Assembly (NCBI GenBank): GCA_002500485.1
Contig: DLRJ01000113.1
Location: 18,001 to 82,000 of the forward strand
Origin: Dehalococcoidia bacterium UBA7891
Lineage (GTDB): Bacteria > Chloroflexota > Dehalococcoidia > Lucifugimonadales > UBA826
DNA: 64,000 nt
Direction: 5' to 3'
The stretch's first letter is position 1; each line of letters begins with the position of its first letter. Position numbers and translations under genes: made by a program. The notes beneath the pieces were generated by a model, which did not search any database, had not been told where the DNA came from, and worked only from the letters and a program-made list of their open reading frames with translations. Shown here piece after piece: positions 29,862 to 38,120 of the stretch.

Positions 29862-30173
29862 ATGAAACCTGTTATTAAAAATTATAGAGAGCACTCTAAC
29901 CCAATTTTAGGTAAGAGTGATGGAGTCCCGAATTATGTGATGCTCTATGTTCAGCATGCACCAGGGGAATCCTCACCTTTTCATACTCATCCATGGGAAC
30001 ACCAGGCTTTTATCACTGAAGGGTCCGGAGTATTGTTTTTTGGTGGCGAGGAATATCCTATAAAACAGGGTGATTGTGTCCATGTACCTGAGGATGTTGA
30101 GCATCAGTTTAGAAACACGGGGGATGTCCCGATGAACAGGGTTACGGTAAACCCATTAAAATCAGAAGAGTAG
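29862..30173 (+). CDS. small cupin-domain protein
   Basis: 103 aa. Cupin metal motif reads HTHPWEHQAF..G..V..P..H. Confidence 0.75.
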   Translation: MKPVIKNYREHSNPILGKSDGVPNYVMLYVQHAPGESSPFHTHPWEHQAFITEGSGVLFFGGEEYPIKQGDCVHVPEDVEHQFRNTGDVPMNRVTVNPLKSEE

Positions 30174-30175
30174 AT

Positions 30176-31066
30176 TTATTTTAGTCCGACTCGTTGAATT
30201 ATTTGAAGGAGTTCATTAAAAGTCTTTTCGGCAAGTTGGCCTGCAGGGTGCCTAACAATTGGGTGACTGATTAATCCCCGATGGTGGATACCGGCTTTCC
30301 GAATGGCAAGACCAATTCCCTCCTGTTGCTCGAATTGTATGAGGGGAAGATGGTCATAGAATAGCTTTTCAGCAAGATTAGAAGCCCCTGTTTTATGATG
30401 GTTGCAAATTTGTACCAATACTTCAGGGTACGCAAACCCAGTCATAGCTCCTATAGAACCTCTCCTTAATTCATCTAGAAGAAATACTCCGCCAAGCCCG
30501 CCAAAGATTCCTAACCTATCTTGAATTTTATTACGAATAGCACTTATTTTTGTTGGGGTTGGCGGGTCTTCGAGTTTGAGGTATTTCACATTTGGTATTT
30601 CGTCCGCTACCCTGACTACAAAATCGACAGGCATTTCCACCCCTGATGTCTGCGGGTAGTCTTGCATTACGATGGGGATAGATATTTGTTCGGCTAATTG
30701 GTAGTAATATCCGAATAAGGCATCTAAGTTGGCCTTTGGCATTGAAGGTGCTGAAACCATGACCGCAGCTGCACCCATTTGTTCAGCCTCTTTACTTCTT
30801 TCTATCATTGCTTTTGTCCCATTGGCCGTGGTTCCTAAAGTTACAGGTAGATTGTCGGCTGCATCTATAATTGTTTCTGCAATCTTTGTTCGTTCCTCAT
30901 CGGATAGACGTGCAGCTTCACCCATCACTCCCAAACCAACGACTCCCGTGCAACCAGAGGATATTGCCTCGGCAACTAAATTAGGTATTGATTCATAGTC
31001 CACCTCTTCTTTTTGGTCGAAGGGGGTTGCTAACATCCAATGCATTCCGTAGAAAGAGTTAAGCAT
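30176..31066 (-). CDS. dihydrodipicolinate synthase / N-acetylneuraminate lyase family aldolase (specific substrate unknown)
   Basis: 296 aa with a DHDPS-family layout (..GVVGLGVMGEAARLSDEER.., ..VMVSAP.., ..IPIVMQDYP..). Starts 9 nt downstream of the NHL gene's stop. Confidence 0.75.
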   Translation of the reverse strand: MLNSFYGMHWMLATPFDQKEEVDYESIPNLVAEAISSGCTGVVGLGVMGEAARLSDEERTKIAETIIDAADNLPVTLGTTANGTKAMIERSKEAEQMGAAAVMVSAPSMPKANLDALFGYYYQLAEQISIPIVMQDYPQTSGVEMPVDFVVRVADEIPNVKYLKLEDPPTPTKISAIRNKIQDRLGIFGGLGGVFLLDELRRGSIGAMTGFAYPEVLVQICNHHKTGASNLAEKLFYDHLPLIQFEQQEGIGLAIRKAGIHHRGLISHPIVRHPAGQLAEKTFNELLQIIQRVGLK

Positions 31067-31075
31067 ATGGGTCTC

Positions 31076-32104
31076 CTATTGGTAGCAAATTGTTCTTATA
31101 CGATGATTCTCGCTGTCAGCTATGTAAGTTATTCCTGAGAGGTCCGTTACCACACCATGAGGCCGGGCGAGCCCAGCCATGGTAGAAGGACCGCCATCTC
31201 CCCCTGATCCTAAAGTTCCCCCCGCGATGGTGTTGATAATGTTATTTTCTCTATAAATGATTCGGAGAGCGTGATTTTCTGTGTCTACCACCAATATATT
31301 TCCATCGCTGTCACACCTTATGGCTTTGGGACCATTGAGCAAGGCATATTTTGCATCTTCGCCGTCACCGGTGTAGCCTCTTTCTCCTGTTCCAGCAATA
31401 GTGCTGATTATTCCGTCTGTGTCTATTTTTCGGATTGTATTTCCTTCTCTTTCACAGATGTATATATTGCCAATTTTATCAGTGCACACTGCCCTGGCAC
31501 CAAATATTCCAGCATGTATTGCCGGGCCTCCATCCCCTGTGTGTTCTTTCACCCTGGTCCCAGCTACGGTCGAAATGATCCCAGTATTGGTATCAAATTT
31601 TCGTATTCTTTGGTCTTGCACATCTGCTATCAATAAGTGGCCGTCATTGTTTATGGCACAGTCATTAGGCTCTATCATTGCTGATTTAGTTGCTGAAATC
31701 CCATCCTCTCCAGAACCTGGTTTACCCGTACCAACGATAGTTCTTATTTTATTAGTAGATTTATCGATCACCCTTATAGATGGGTTGAATCTTTGGCATA
31801 TGAAAACGTTTCCTATTTTGTCTACTTGTATTGCATATATTTCATCTATCGAGGCTTGTTTGGCATATCCTCCATCACCGGTGTGGCCCTGCAGACCAGT
31901 CCCGGCAAAATTTTCGATGATGCCTGAATCCAAATTTAAGCGTCGCACCCGGAAATTAAAACAATCGGCGATATATAGATATTTTCCAGTCGGATCAATG
32001 TCTACATGGAATGGATTATCCATTGTGGCCTCTTTGGCGAGGCCTCCGTCACCACTATATCCTTTCTCACTGGTGCCAACTATGCTTTGTATTACAGAGC
32101 CCAA
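31076..32104 (-). CDS. NHL-repeat six-bladed beta-propeller protein, no signal peptide
   Basis: 342 aa. Six copies of a roughly 55-aa unit of the type (I)AGTGxxGxxGDGGxA..P..v..D..GN(i)yIaD..NhrIRki. Confidence 0.8.
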   Translation of the reverse strand: MGSVIQSIVGTSEKGYSGDGGLAKEATMDNPFHVDIDPTGKYLYIADCFNFRVRRLNLDSGIIENFAGTGLQGHTGDGGYAKQASIDEIYAIQVDKIGNVFICQRFNPSIRVIDKSTNKIRTIVGTGKPGSGEDGISATKSAMIEPNDCAINNDGHLLIADVQDQRIRKFDTNTGIISTVAGTRVKEHTGDGGPAIHAGIFGARAVCTDKIGNIYICEREGNTIRKIDTDGIISTIAGTGERGYTGDGEDAKYALLNGPKAIRCDSDGNILVVDTENHALRIIYRENNIINTIAGGTLGSGGDGGPSTMAGLARPHGVVTDLSGITYIADSENHRIRTICYQ

Positions 32105-32208
32105 ATTTTATTCCCTGAATATTCGCCATTTTTTTCCACAAATCATTCTATATCACCGGTAAAATATTATAGGAAGAATGTGTAAATATTAATATAAGTA
32201 GTAAGTGT

Positions 32209-33705
32209 ATGAATAAATTATTATTTTCTTTGATGGCTTTATCGTCCTTCTTGTTATTTGCTTGTGGGTCCGATTCAGAAATAGATTCAACTGCAACAGT
32301 AGAAATTGAAAATACCGCCATTGTTGAGACGATCTCTACTGCCACACCTGTAATTACCCAACCAACCCCCATCACACCGATAGCTACCCAACCGATGATT
32401 ACTCAAATTGTTGAACCAACAAAGGTGCCTCAAGAATCCATAACCCAAGATAACAAAATTGGTTCTGTGGAGCCGGATTCAAGATCAGTGGTTGAAATCA
32501 TTTCCGGTCTGAAAGAAGAACTAAACAACGGGTATTCCCATCATTCAATTTTGAATATGAATATGACGATTTCATTTGACGATTACTTGGAAGATATGCC
32601 ATTGCTAATGGAGGGAGATGTTCAAAATTCTCGTAATTTTAAAGGGGTCACCTCTTTTGAAGATAATAATCAAATCGAAATGATCGAAATGATCGTCTAT
32701 GATCAAGATACTTTTGCCAAATATCCCGATACCAAATATTGGATCCAGTTTCCAGAAGGCCAAACCCCTGTAACCCCCATATCGATAATTGAATTGCTAA
32801 AAAACAATTTTGTTCAAGGGAAACTTACTGGTATTGAAAAATCTGGTGGTGTCTCCTCTCAACATATTAGCAGTGAACTTGAGGCAAAGATTTTTGGTGA
32901 GTTGCTGCCAGTACTGGACGACTCCACAGGTAATTTGCAAGTAGATATGTGGGTTGAACCTGATAGCTCGCAAATAGGTAGAGTATTAATTAATGGATTG
33001 GCTATAGGAGGACCTAGAGTTAAAGGTCCTGAAGGACAAGAGGTAACGATTAAGGTTGATATTGAAATGTCATCATGGGATTTTGGAAAAGTGGTTGAGT
33101 TATCTAAACCAGATTTACCAGGTACTCCAGAAGCAATGATTTGGGATATGGCCCCCAAATTTACCTTAGAGGAAGGAAAAGATTATTTTGCCACTATTGA
33201 TATATTTGAAGGAGGTGAAATAAAGATTGATCTTCTGGAAAAGCTAGCTCCAGTAACAGTGAATAATTTTGTTTTTCTCTCCGAGCAGGGATATTACGAT
33301 TGGGTTACCTTTCATAGAGTAATCCCAGATTTTATGGCCCAAGGTGGTGATCCTTCTGGTACCGGTAGAGGAGGTCCTGGGTATTATATCGATAATGAAT
33401 TTCACCCTGATGCCAGACATGATTCTGCAGGGGTAGTGTCGATGGCGAATGCAGGTCTTTTGCCAGATGGACAAGGAACGAATGGAAGTCAATTCTTCAT
33501 CACATTCATAAAGACGCCTACTTTGGATGGAATAAATTCGGATGGAACTTTGAAAGATTGTAGTCAAGGTTCTTGTCATTCAGTATTTGGAAGAGTTGTA
33601 GAAGGCATGGATGTGTTAGCTAACATAATTCCCCGAGATCCTGCGACCGCTAATTTACCTGGTGATGTAATTCGTACGATTCGAATAACATTTGTTCCGA
33701 AATAA
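32209..33705 (+). CDS. lipoprotein with a Thr/Pro/Ile-rich linker, an uncharacterised central domain and a C-terminal cyclophilin-type peptidyl-prolyl isomerase domain
   Basis: 498 aa. Signal peptide plus lipobox LFAC at Cys19, then linker TPVITQPTPITPIATQPMITQ. The C-terminus carries cyclophilin motifs FHRVIPDFMAQGGDP and NGSQFFIT. Confidence 0.85.
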   Translation: MNKLLFSLMALSSFLLFACGSDSEIDSTATVEIENTAIVETISTATPVITQPTPITPIATQPMITQIVEPTKVPQESITQDNKIGSVEPDSRSVVEIISGLKEELNNGYSHHSILNMNMTISFDDYLEDMPLLMEGDVQNSRNFKGVTSFEDNNQIEMIEMIVYDQDTFAKYPDTKYWIQFPEGQTPVTPISIIELLKNNFVQGKLTGIEKSGGVSSQHISSELEAKIFGELLPVLDDSTGNLQVDMWVEPDSSQIGRVLINGLAIGGPRVKGPEGQEVTIKVDIEMSSWDFGKVVELSKPDLPGTPEAMIWDMAPKFTLEEGKDYFATIDIFEGGEIKIDLLEKLAPVTVNNFVFLSEQGYYDWVTFHRVIPDFMAQGGDPSGTGRGGPGYYIDNEFHPDARHDSAGVVSMANAGLLPDGQGTNGSQFFITFIKTPTLDGINSDGTLKDCSQGSCHSVFGRVVEGMDVLANIIPRDPATANLPGDVIRTIRITFVPK

Positions 33706-33707
33706 TT

Positions 33708-34307
33708 TTAGGAAAGTTTGAGGAATTGTTCACCAAAGGCAACCGAATTTTTGAAGTAGTTCATACTTCTTAATTCATCAACGGGTCTTATCGGCAATGT
33801 ATTTTCTGAGGCATCACTAAGTTTAAGTTTCCAAAATCCAACGTCGTACCACTGGCCATCCTTATATCCTGCGTTAGTCATCAAATAATCTTTGGTAAAT
33901 CCAAAATGTTCATGAAGCGAAACACTTGGATCGTTTGGAAGAGCAATAACTCCATAGGCGGAGGTGAATCCTTGTAGTTTCAGACATTCCAATAGTGAGG
34001 CGTAGAGAGCTTTCCCAATTCCTAAACCGTGGGCTGCTTCTCTAACATATACTGTTGTTTCCACTATCCAATCGTAAGCACTTCTGTCTCGGAATTTACT
34101 TCCATAGGAATAACCCATTATTTCGGTTTCATGCTCACAAACGAGTGAAGTGTATATTTCCGACACCTTTTTCATTCGCCTTTGCATTGCGGTTCCGTCA
34201 GGAGGGTTCGTTTCAAAAGTAATTGGAGTATTCATTACATACGGATAATAGATGGCCGCCACTTGACGAGCGTCCCTTTTAGGATTTGCTAGTCGGATGA
34301 CGGCCAT
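33708..34307 (-). CDS. GNAT family N-acetyltransferase (phosphinothricin acetyltransferase-like)
   Basis: 199 aa. The acetyl-CoA binding region reads VYVREAAHGLGIGKALYASLLE. N-terminal pattern is PAT-like. Confidence 0.75.
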   Translation of the reverse strand: MAVIRLANPKRDARQVAAIYYPYVMNTPITFETNPPDGTAMQRRMKKVSEIYTSLVCEHETEIMGYSYGSKFRDRSAYDWIVETTVYVREAAHGLGIGKALYASLLECLKLQGFTSAYGVIALPNDPSVSLHEHFGFTKDYLMTNAGYKDGQWYDVGFWKLKLSDASENTLPIRPVDELRSMNYFKNSVAFGEQFLKLS

Positions 34308-34334
34308 TTTTAATTAGGTATCTCTATTGTAGCG

Positions 34335-35264
34335 CTATTCCTTTGGCACTTGCGGAGGAGCCGGGTTAGCCATATCCATTCCTAGTGTCCCCGAGAACAT
34401 TGCATCTATTTCTTCAACAGTCCATCTACCATTCTTCCTTAAGGTTCGTTCTTCCGTAGGGTTACTCATTAAAGAGATTTGTCCCCCCTGACAATGGAAG
34501 ACATGACCATTTACATCCTTGGCTTCATCTGAGGCCAGCCATGCTACCATGGGAGCAACATCTTCAGGGTCACGGTTTAACTCCAAAGGAGTCACTGCAG
34601 AGTTCGCCTGAATTCCGCTTGAAGCTCTGATATCCCTGGCAGATTGAGGGACTGTTTGTGTCATCCTAGAATTTGCCCCAGGGGATATAGCATTGACAGT
34701 TACACCATATCTGCCTAGGTCACGTGCGATAGCTCTGGTAAATCCTGCTATACCATCCTTCGCAGCTCCGTAATTTGCTTGACCGGAATTGCCGTACAAA
34801 CCTGAAGTGGAAGAGAAATTAATTATTCTGCCACTGCGCTGTTGTCTGAACAGTATTGAAGCAGCTTTAGCTACAGTGAAGGTTCCTTTCAGATGAACAG
34901 CAATAACTGCATCCCACTCTTCCTCTGTCATGTTGAACAGCATTCGATCTCTAAGAATTCCAGCCACGGCTACAACGATATCTAGTTTGCCGAAGCTGTC
35001 TAGAGCTGATTTGATAATATTTTCCCCACCGTCCATCTCGGAGACAGAATCGTAGTTAGCGACTGCTTCACCTCCGGCTGCCTTAATTTCATTTACAACT
35101 TCGTCGGCTGGGGCGACAGAATCCCCGCTGCCATCTACGGCACCACCAAGGTCGTTTACCACTACCTTTGCGCCCTCTTCCGCGAGTAATAAGGCTATAC
35201 CACGCCCTATACCGCGACCTGAACCGGTTACTACTGCTACTTTATCCTTAAGAAGGGTTCCCAT
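34335..35264 (-). CDS. SDR oxidoreductase, MFE-2 / 17-beta-HSD4-type (3R)-hydroxyacyl-CoA dehydrogenase-like (paralog 1)
   Basis: 309 aa. Reads VTGSGRGIGRGIA..VVVNDLGG..AGILRD..S-x-Y-x3-K (SSTSGLYGNSGQANYGAAK), which closely follows the N-terminal dehydrogenase domain pattern of multifunctional enzyme 2. Pro-rich C-terminal tail. Confidence 0.8.
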   Translation of the reverse strand: MGTLLKDKVAVVTGSGRGIGRGIALLLAEEGAKVVVNDLGGAVDGSGDSVAPADEVVNEIKAAGGEAVANYDSVSEMDGGENIIKSALDSFGKLDIVVAVAGILRDRMLFNMTEEEWDAVIAVHLKGTFTVAKAASILFRQQRSGRIINFSSTSGLYGNSGQANYGAAKDGIAGFTRAIARDLGRYGVTVNAISPGANSRMTQTVPQSARDIRASSGIQANSAVTPLELNRDPEDVAPMVAWLASDEAKDVNGHVFHCQGGQISLMSNPTEERTLRKNGRWTVEEIDAMFSGTLGMDMANPAPPQVPKE

Positions 35265-35315
35265 CTTTCTTACTCCTGACTTTTTTACTCTTAATACCTA
35301 TCTGAACCATTAACA

Positions 35316-36236
35316 CTATTTGGGTGCTTGTGGTGGTGATGGGTTGACTAAGCCTTGTGTGAGATGCTGTGGAGCTAGTTCTCTAAGTTCCTCTACATCC
35401 CACCTTCCTTGTTTGAATATGGTGCGAACTCGGCGTGGCAGGGAAAGCTTAGTAATTGCTCCTCCATATACGAGGAAGGTCTGCCCATTGATGCTAGCTG
35501 CCTGATCAGAAGCCAAATATGCTACGAATGGTGCGACATCCTCCGCTTCCATCTGAGTTGTTGGTGGAGGTGCTTCCCTATCATCGGGCCGATCAGCTCT
35601 TAATTGTCTAGCCGAATCGGGAACAGACTGAGTCATTCTAGTGTTTGCTCTTGGAGAAATAGAATTTGCTGTTACCCCATATCGGCCTAGGTCTTTTGCA
35701 GCTACCTTGGTGAAACCTGCGATTCCGGATTTGGCAGCTGCATAGTTACCTTGTCCCGTATTCCCTATCAAACCAGACTCTGATGCGAATGTTATTATTC
35801 GGCCACTTCTTTGCTGACGATACAAGATTGAGGCATATTTGCAAACTGTAAAAGTGCCTTTTAAATGAACCCGAATAACATCATCCCATTCCTGTTCTGT
35901 CATATTGAAAATCATTCTGTCTCTTAATATTCCAGCTACCGTCACTACGATGTCTAATTTGTCATAGTTGTCCAAAGCCGACTTGACGATAGCCTCTCCA
36001 CCTTCCATTGTAGATATATCAGTGTAGTTCGGTGTGGCTTCTCCTCCTGCAGCTTTTATCTCTTCCACGACTTGTTCTGCTGGGGTATTTGAACTGCCTT
36101 CTCCATCTAATGCAGCACCGATATCATTTACAATGACTTTGGCTCCTTCCGAAGCCAATTGTTTCGCTACTCCTGCCCCTATCCCTCTACCAGATCCTGT
36201 GACTATTGCAACTTTACCGTCTAGGTAATTCGCCAT
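35316..36236 (-). CDS. SDR oxidoreductase, MFE-2-type (3R)-hydroxyacyl-CoA dehydrogenase-like (paralog 2)
   Basis: 306 aa from the ATG at 36236 (MANYLDGKVAIVTGSGRGIG..). The ORF-track start at 36293 adds 19 basic residues with no homology to paralog 1. Collinear with paralog 1 over its full length. Confidence 0.8.
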   Translation of the reverse strand: MANYLDGKVAIVTGSGRGIGAGVAKQLASEGAKVIVNDIGAALDGEGSSNTPAEQVVEEIKAAGGEATPNYTDISTMEGGEAIVKSALDNYDKLDIVVTVAGILRDRMIFNMTEQEWDDVIRVHLKGTFTVCKYASILYRQQRSGRIITFASESGLIGNTGQGNYAAAKSGIAGFTKVAAKDLGRYGVTANSISPRANTRMTQSVPDSARQLRADRPDDREAPPPTTQMEAEDVAPFVAYLASDQAASINGQTFLVYGGAITKLSLPRRVRTIFKQGRWDVEELRELAPQHLTQGLVNPSPPQAPK

Positions 36237-36359
36237 TTTTTTCCTCCTGAAATTCGTTCGCAAGACAAAATTGACCTTATCATTAGCGCGCAACGTTCAT
36301 TGTGCCACAAATGGACAGATATTGTCATAGTTGGTTTAGTTTATTTATTCTGAACTAAA

Positions 36360-36893
36360 ATGTTATTAAACACTCTAAATGAAAAAAAGATTGGTACTAC
36401 TGTGCATATTGTTTTATACAGACCTGAAATTCCGTATAACACCGGTAATATAATTCGGCTTTGTGCTAACGTTGGGGCTGAATTACACCTGATCCATCCG
36501 TTGGGATTTGAACTCACAGAATCTAAATTAAGAAGGGCGGCTTTGGATTATTCCGATTTAGCAGTTGTGACGGAGCATGAAAACTTGGAAGATTACAAAA
36601 ACATGTACCCTGATAGAATCTTTTATGCTACATCAGCTCGCTCCCGAAAATATTACAGTGAAATAGAATTTGGAAGTAAAGACACATACATATTCGGTCC
36701 AGAATCGTCAGGAATACCACCTGCAGTCCTAGATACAATTCCAAGAGAAAGGCATCTGTTGATTCCTATGAAACCAGGAAATAGGAGCCTGAATATTGCA
36801 AATGCGGTTTCCATAATAGTTTATGAGGCTTGGAGACAGAACAATTTCGAAAATGCGGGTCCTCCTAGAACAATTTCTGTATCAGAAAATTAA
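36360..36893 (+). CDS. trmL: tRNA (cytidine/uridine-2'-O-)-methyltransferase, SpoU/TrmH family (TrmL-like)
   Basis: 177 aa. SPOUT motifs present: ..YRPEIPYNTGNIIRLC.., ..YIFGPESSGIP.., ..SLNIANAVSIIVYEA... Confidence 0.8.
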   Translation: MLLNTLNEKKIGTTVHIVLYRPEIPYNTGNIIRLCANVGAELHLIHPLGFELTESKLRRAALDYSDLAVVTEHENLEDYKNMYPDRIFYATSARSRKYYSEIEFGSKDTYIFGPESSGIPPAVLDTIPRERHLLIPMKPGNRSLNIANAVSIIVYEAWRQNNFENAGPPRTISVSEN

Positions 36894-36917
36894 AATACTG
36901 AAAAGAGGAGTAGATTT

Positions 36918-37052
36918 ATGGGACGCTCCAATTGGCATTATGAGCACCCTCCGGCGTGCACTTGTGTTAAATGTGTTGAAGAAAGGCAAAAAAATGGTTC
37001 TGGCGGAATTTTTCAGATCATAAAAAGGTTAATATTCTTCAGAAGAAAGTAG
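36918..37052 (+). CDS. candidate unannotated small protein (44 aa), Cys/His-rich N-terminus and cationic amphipathic C-terminus
   Basis: Below the 60-aa ORF-track cutoff. ATG at 36918 with AGAGGAG 7 nt upstream. Translation: MGRSNWHYEHPPACTCVKCVEERQKNGSGGIFQIIKRLIFFRRK. Its TAG stop overlaps the AGGAG that precedes the JAMM gene's TTG start. It fills nearly the whole 168-bp gap. Confidence 0.45.
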   Translation: MGRSNWHYEHPPACTCVKCVEERQKNGSGGIFQIIKRLIFFRRK

Positions 37053-37061
37053 GAGAAAAGT

Positions 37062-37472
37062 TTGAAGCGGATACAGCAAAGTCATATTGAAGAAATGATT
37101 GATCATGCAAAAGAACATGATCCTAATGAATGTTGTGGGATATTGGCTGGGACCGGTGAGGACATAACTCATATATATCGGGTTAAAAACTCGACGCCAA
37201 GCCCATTCAGATATGTAATGGACCCAAAAGAACAATTTGAAGTTATGAAGAATGCTGACGATAACGGTCTTGAATTATTGTGCTTTTATCATTCGCATAC
37301 TCACAGCCCAGCTTTTCCATCAGATACCGATGTTAGGATGGCGGTCGAATCCGGTTGGGTTGATTTCGGGTATGCACTGGTTTCGTTGGAAGAAAAAGAC
37401 AGACCGAAAGTTAATTTTTTTATCATCGACTCTGAAGGAACTGTTATCCCTGAAGATTGTGAAGTAGTCTAA
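37062..37472 (+). CDS. Mov34/MPN+ (JAMM) family metalloprotease
   Basis: 136 aa. Has an upstream Glu (EECCGIL-type: NECCGILAG) and the JAMM motif HSHTHSPAFPSDTD. Confidence 0.85.
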   Translation: MKRIQQSHIEEMIDHAKEHDPNECCGILAGTGEDITHIYRVKNSTPSPFRYVMDPKEQFEVMKNADDNGLELLCFYHSHTHSPAFPSDTDVRMAVESGWVDFGYALVSLEEKDRPKVNFFIIDSEGTVIPEDCEVV

Positions 37473-38080
37473 TCTTGTTGGTTATGCTGAGCGAGCATCA
37501 CCGGACCTTCGCTGTGGGTGACAATCCCGTCTTCTATCGACATTGACATTTTTTTCCCAGGGTTCGGACTTCCAAAGGTTTCGCCTAAGGGAAATATTTC
37601 TACCTTTGCCTTGCCGGGGTATATTTCGAGTGTCCCGACGGTTCCTAGCCGCAATTCTTTATGTTGTGGGAATGTGATACTGCCAGAATTGATTAGAAGC
37701 ACCCCATCTCTATATTCCAGGCGTTCTTGATGAGTGTGCCCGGAAATCATGATTTGTACCGGCTTTGGAAACAATTTTTGAAGGTCATGGATGGGCCGAA
37801 ATTGTCCTTCTAAACTATGGATCATTCCAATGGACCATCCGTCTATCTCAAGAACCTGAACCTCTTTCATCCGAGGATCAGGAATTGGATCATTATTGCC
37901 TGTAGAACAAATAACAGGAGCGAACTGTTCGCACCAATCAAGAACAATTGGTGAAGTTAAATCTCCACCATGAAGAATTAAATCTACACTAGAAAGAAAT
38001 TCTCCTGGAAGATCACCTAATTCATCCAAAGTTCTGACCCGTCCGGGTAGATGAGTGTCCGTTATTAATCCAATTAACAT
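37469..38080 (-). CDS. metallophosphoesterase (YfcE / MJ0936-like)
   Basis: 203 aa. Motifs ITDTH, HGGDL, GNND and SGHTH. Confidence 0.8.
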   Translation of the reverse strand: MLIGLITDTHLPGRVRTLDELGDLPGEFLSSVDLILHGGDLTSPIVLDWCEQFAPVICSTGNNDPIPDPRMKEVQVLEIDGWSIGMIHSLEGQFRPIHDLQKLFPKPVQIMISGHTHQERLEYRDGVLLINSGSITFPQHKELRLGTVGTLEIYPGKAKVEIFPLGETFGSPNPGKKMSMSIEDGIVTHSEGPVMLAQHNQQD

Positions 38081-38120
38081 CCGAAGAACTATAGTTTCGA
38101 TTTACTGAGTTATCAATAGG

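Noticed and set aside
31401-32162. A 253-aa plus-strand ORF, and a 121-aa ORF at 31271-31636, antisense to the NHL-repeat gene.
   Set aside because: They lie entirely antisense to a gene with a clear six-fold NHL repeat signature. The translations are low-complexity (Ser/Pro/Ile-rich) with no motifs or RBS. Long antisense frames are expected opposite repetitive Gly/Asp-rich coding sequence.
36823-37023. The 66-aa ORF-track ORF spanning the trmL 3' end and the trmL-JAMM gap.
   Set aside because: It overlaps the last 71 nt of trmL, has no RBS and has a featureless translation. The alternative 44-codon frame (36918-37052) has a strong SD and abuts the JAMM start, so I preferred that one.
37062-37472. 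The JAMM protease as part of a Mec-CysO-CysM-type thiocarboxylate cysteine pathway, given the CysK/CysM-family gene at 52097-53017.
   Set aside because: The two genes are 15 kb apart. No ThiS/MoaD-like beta-grasp gene ending in Gly-Gly and no E1-like (MoeB/ThiF) gene is visible next to either one. The adjacent small ORF is too short and too Cys-rich to be CysO.
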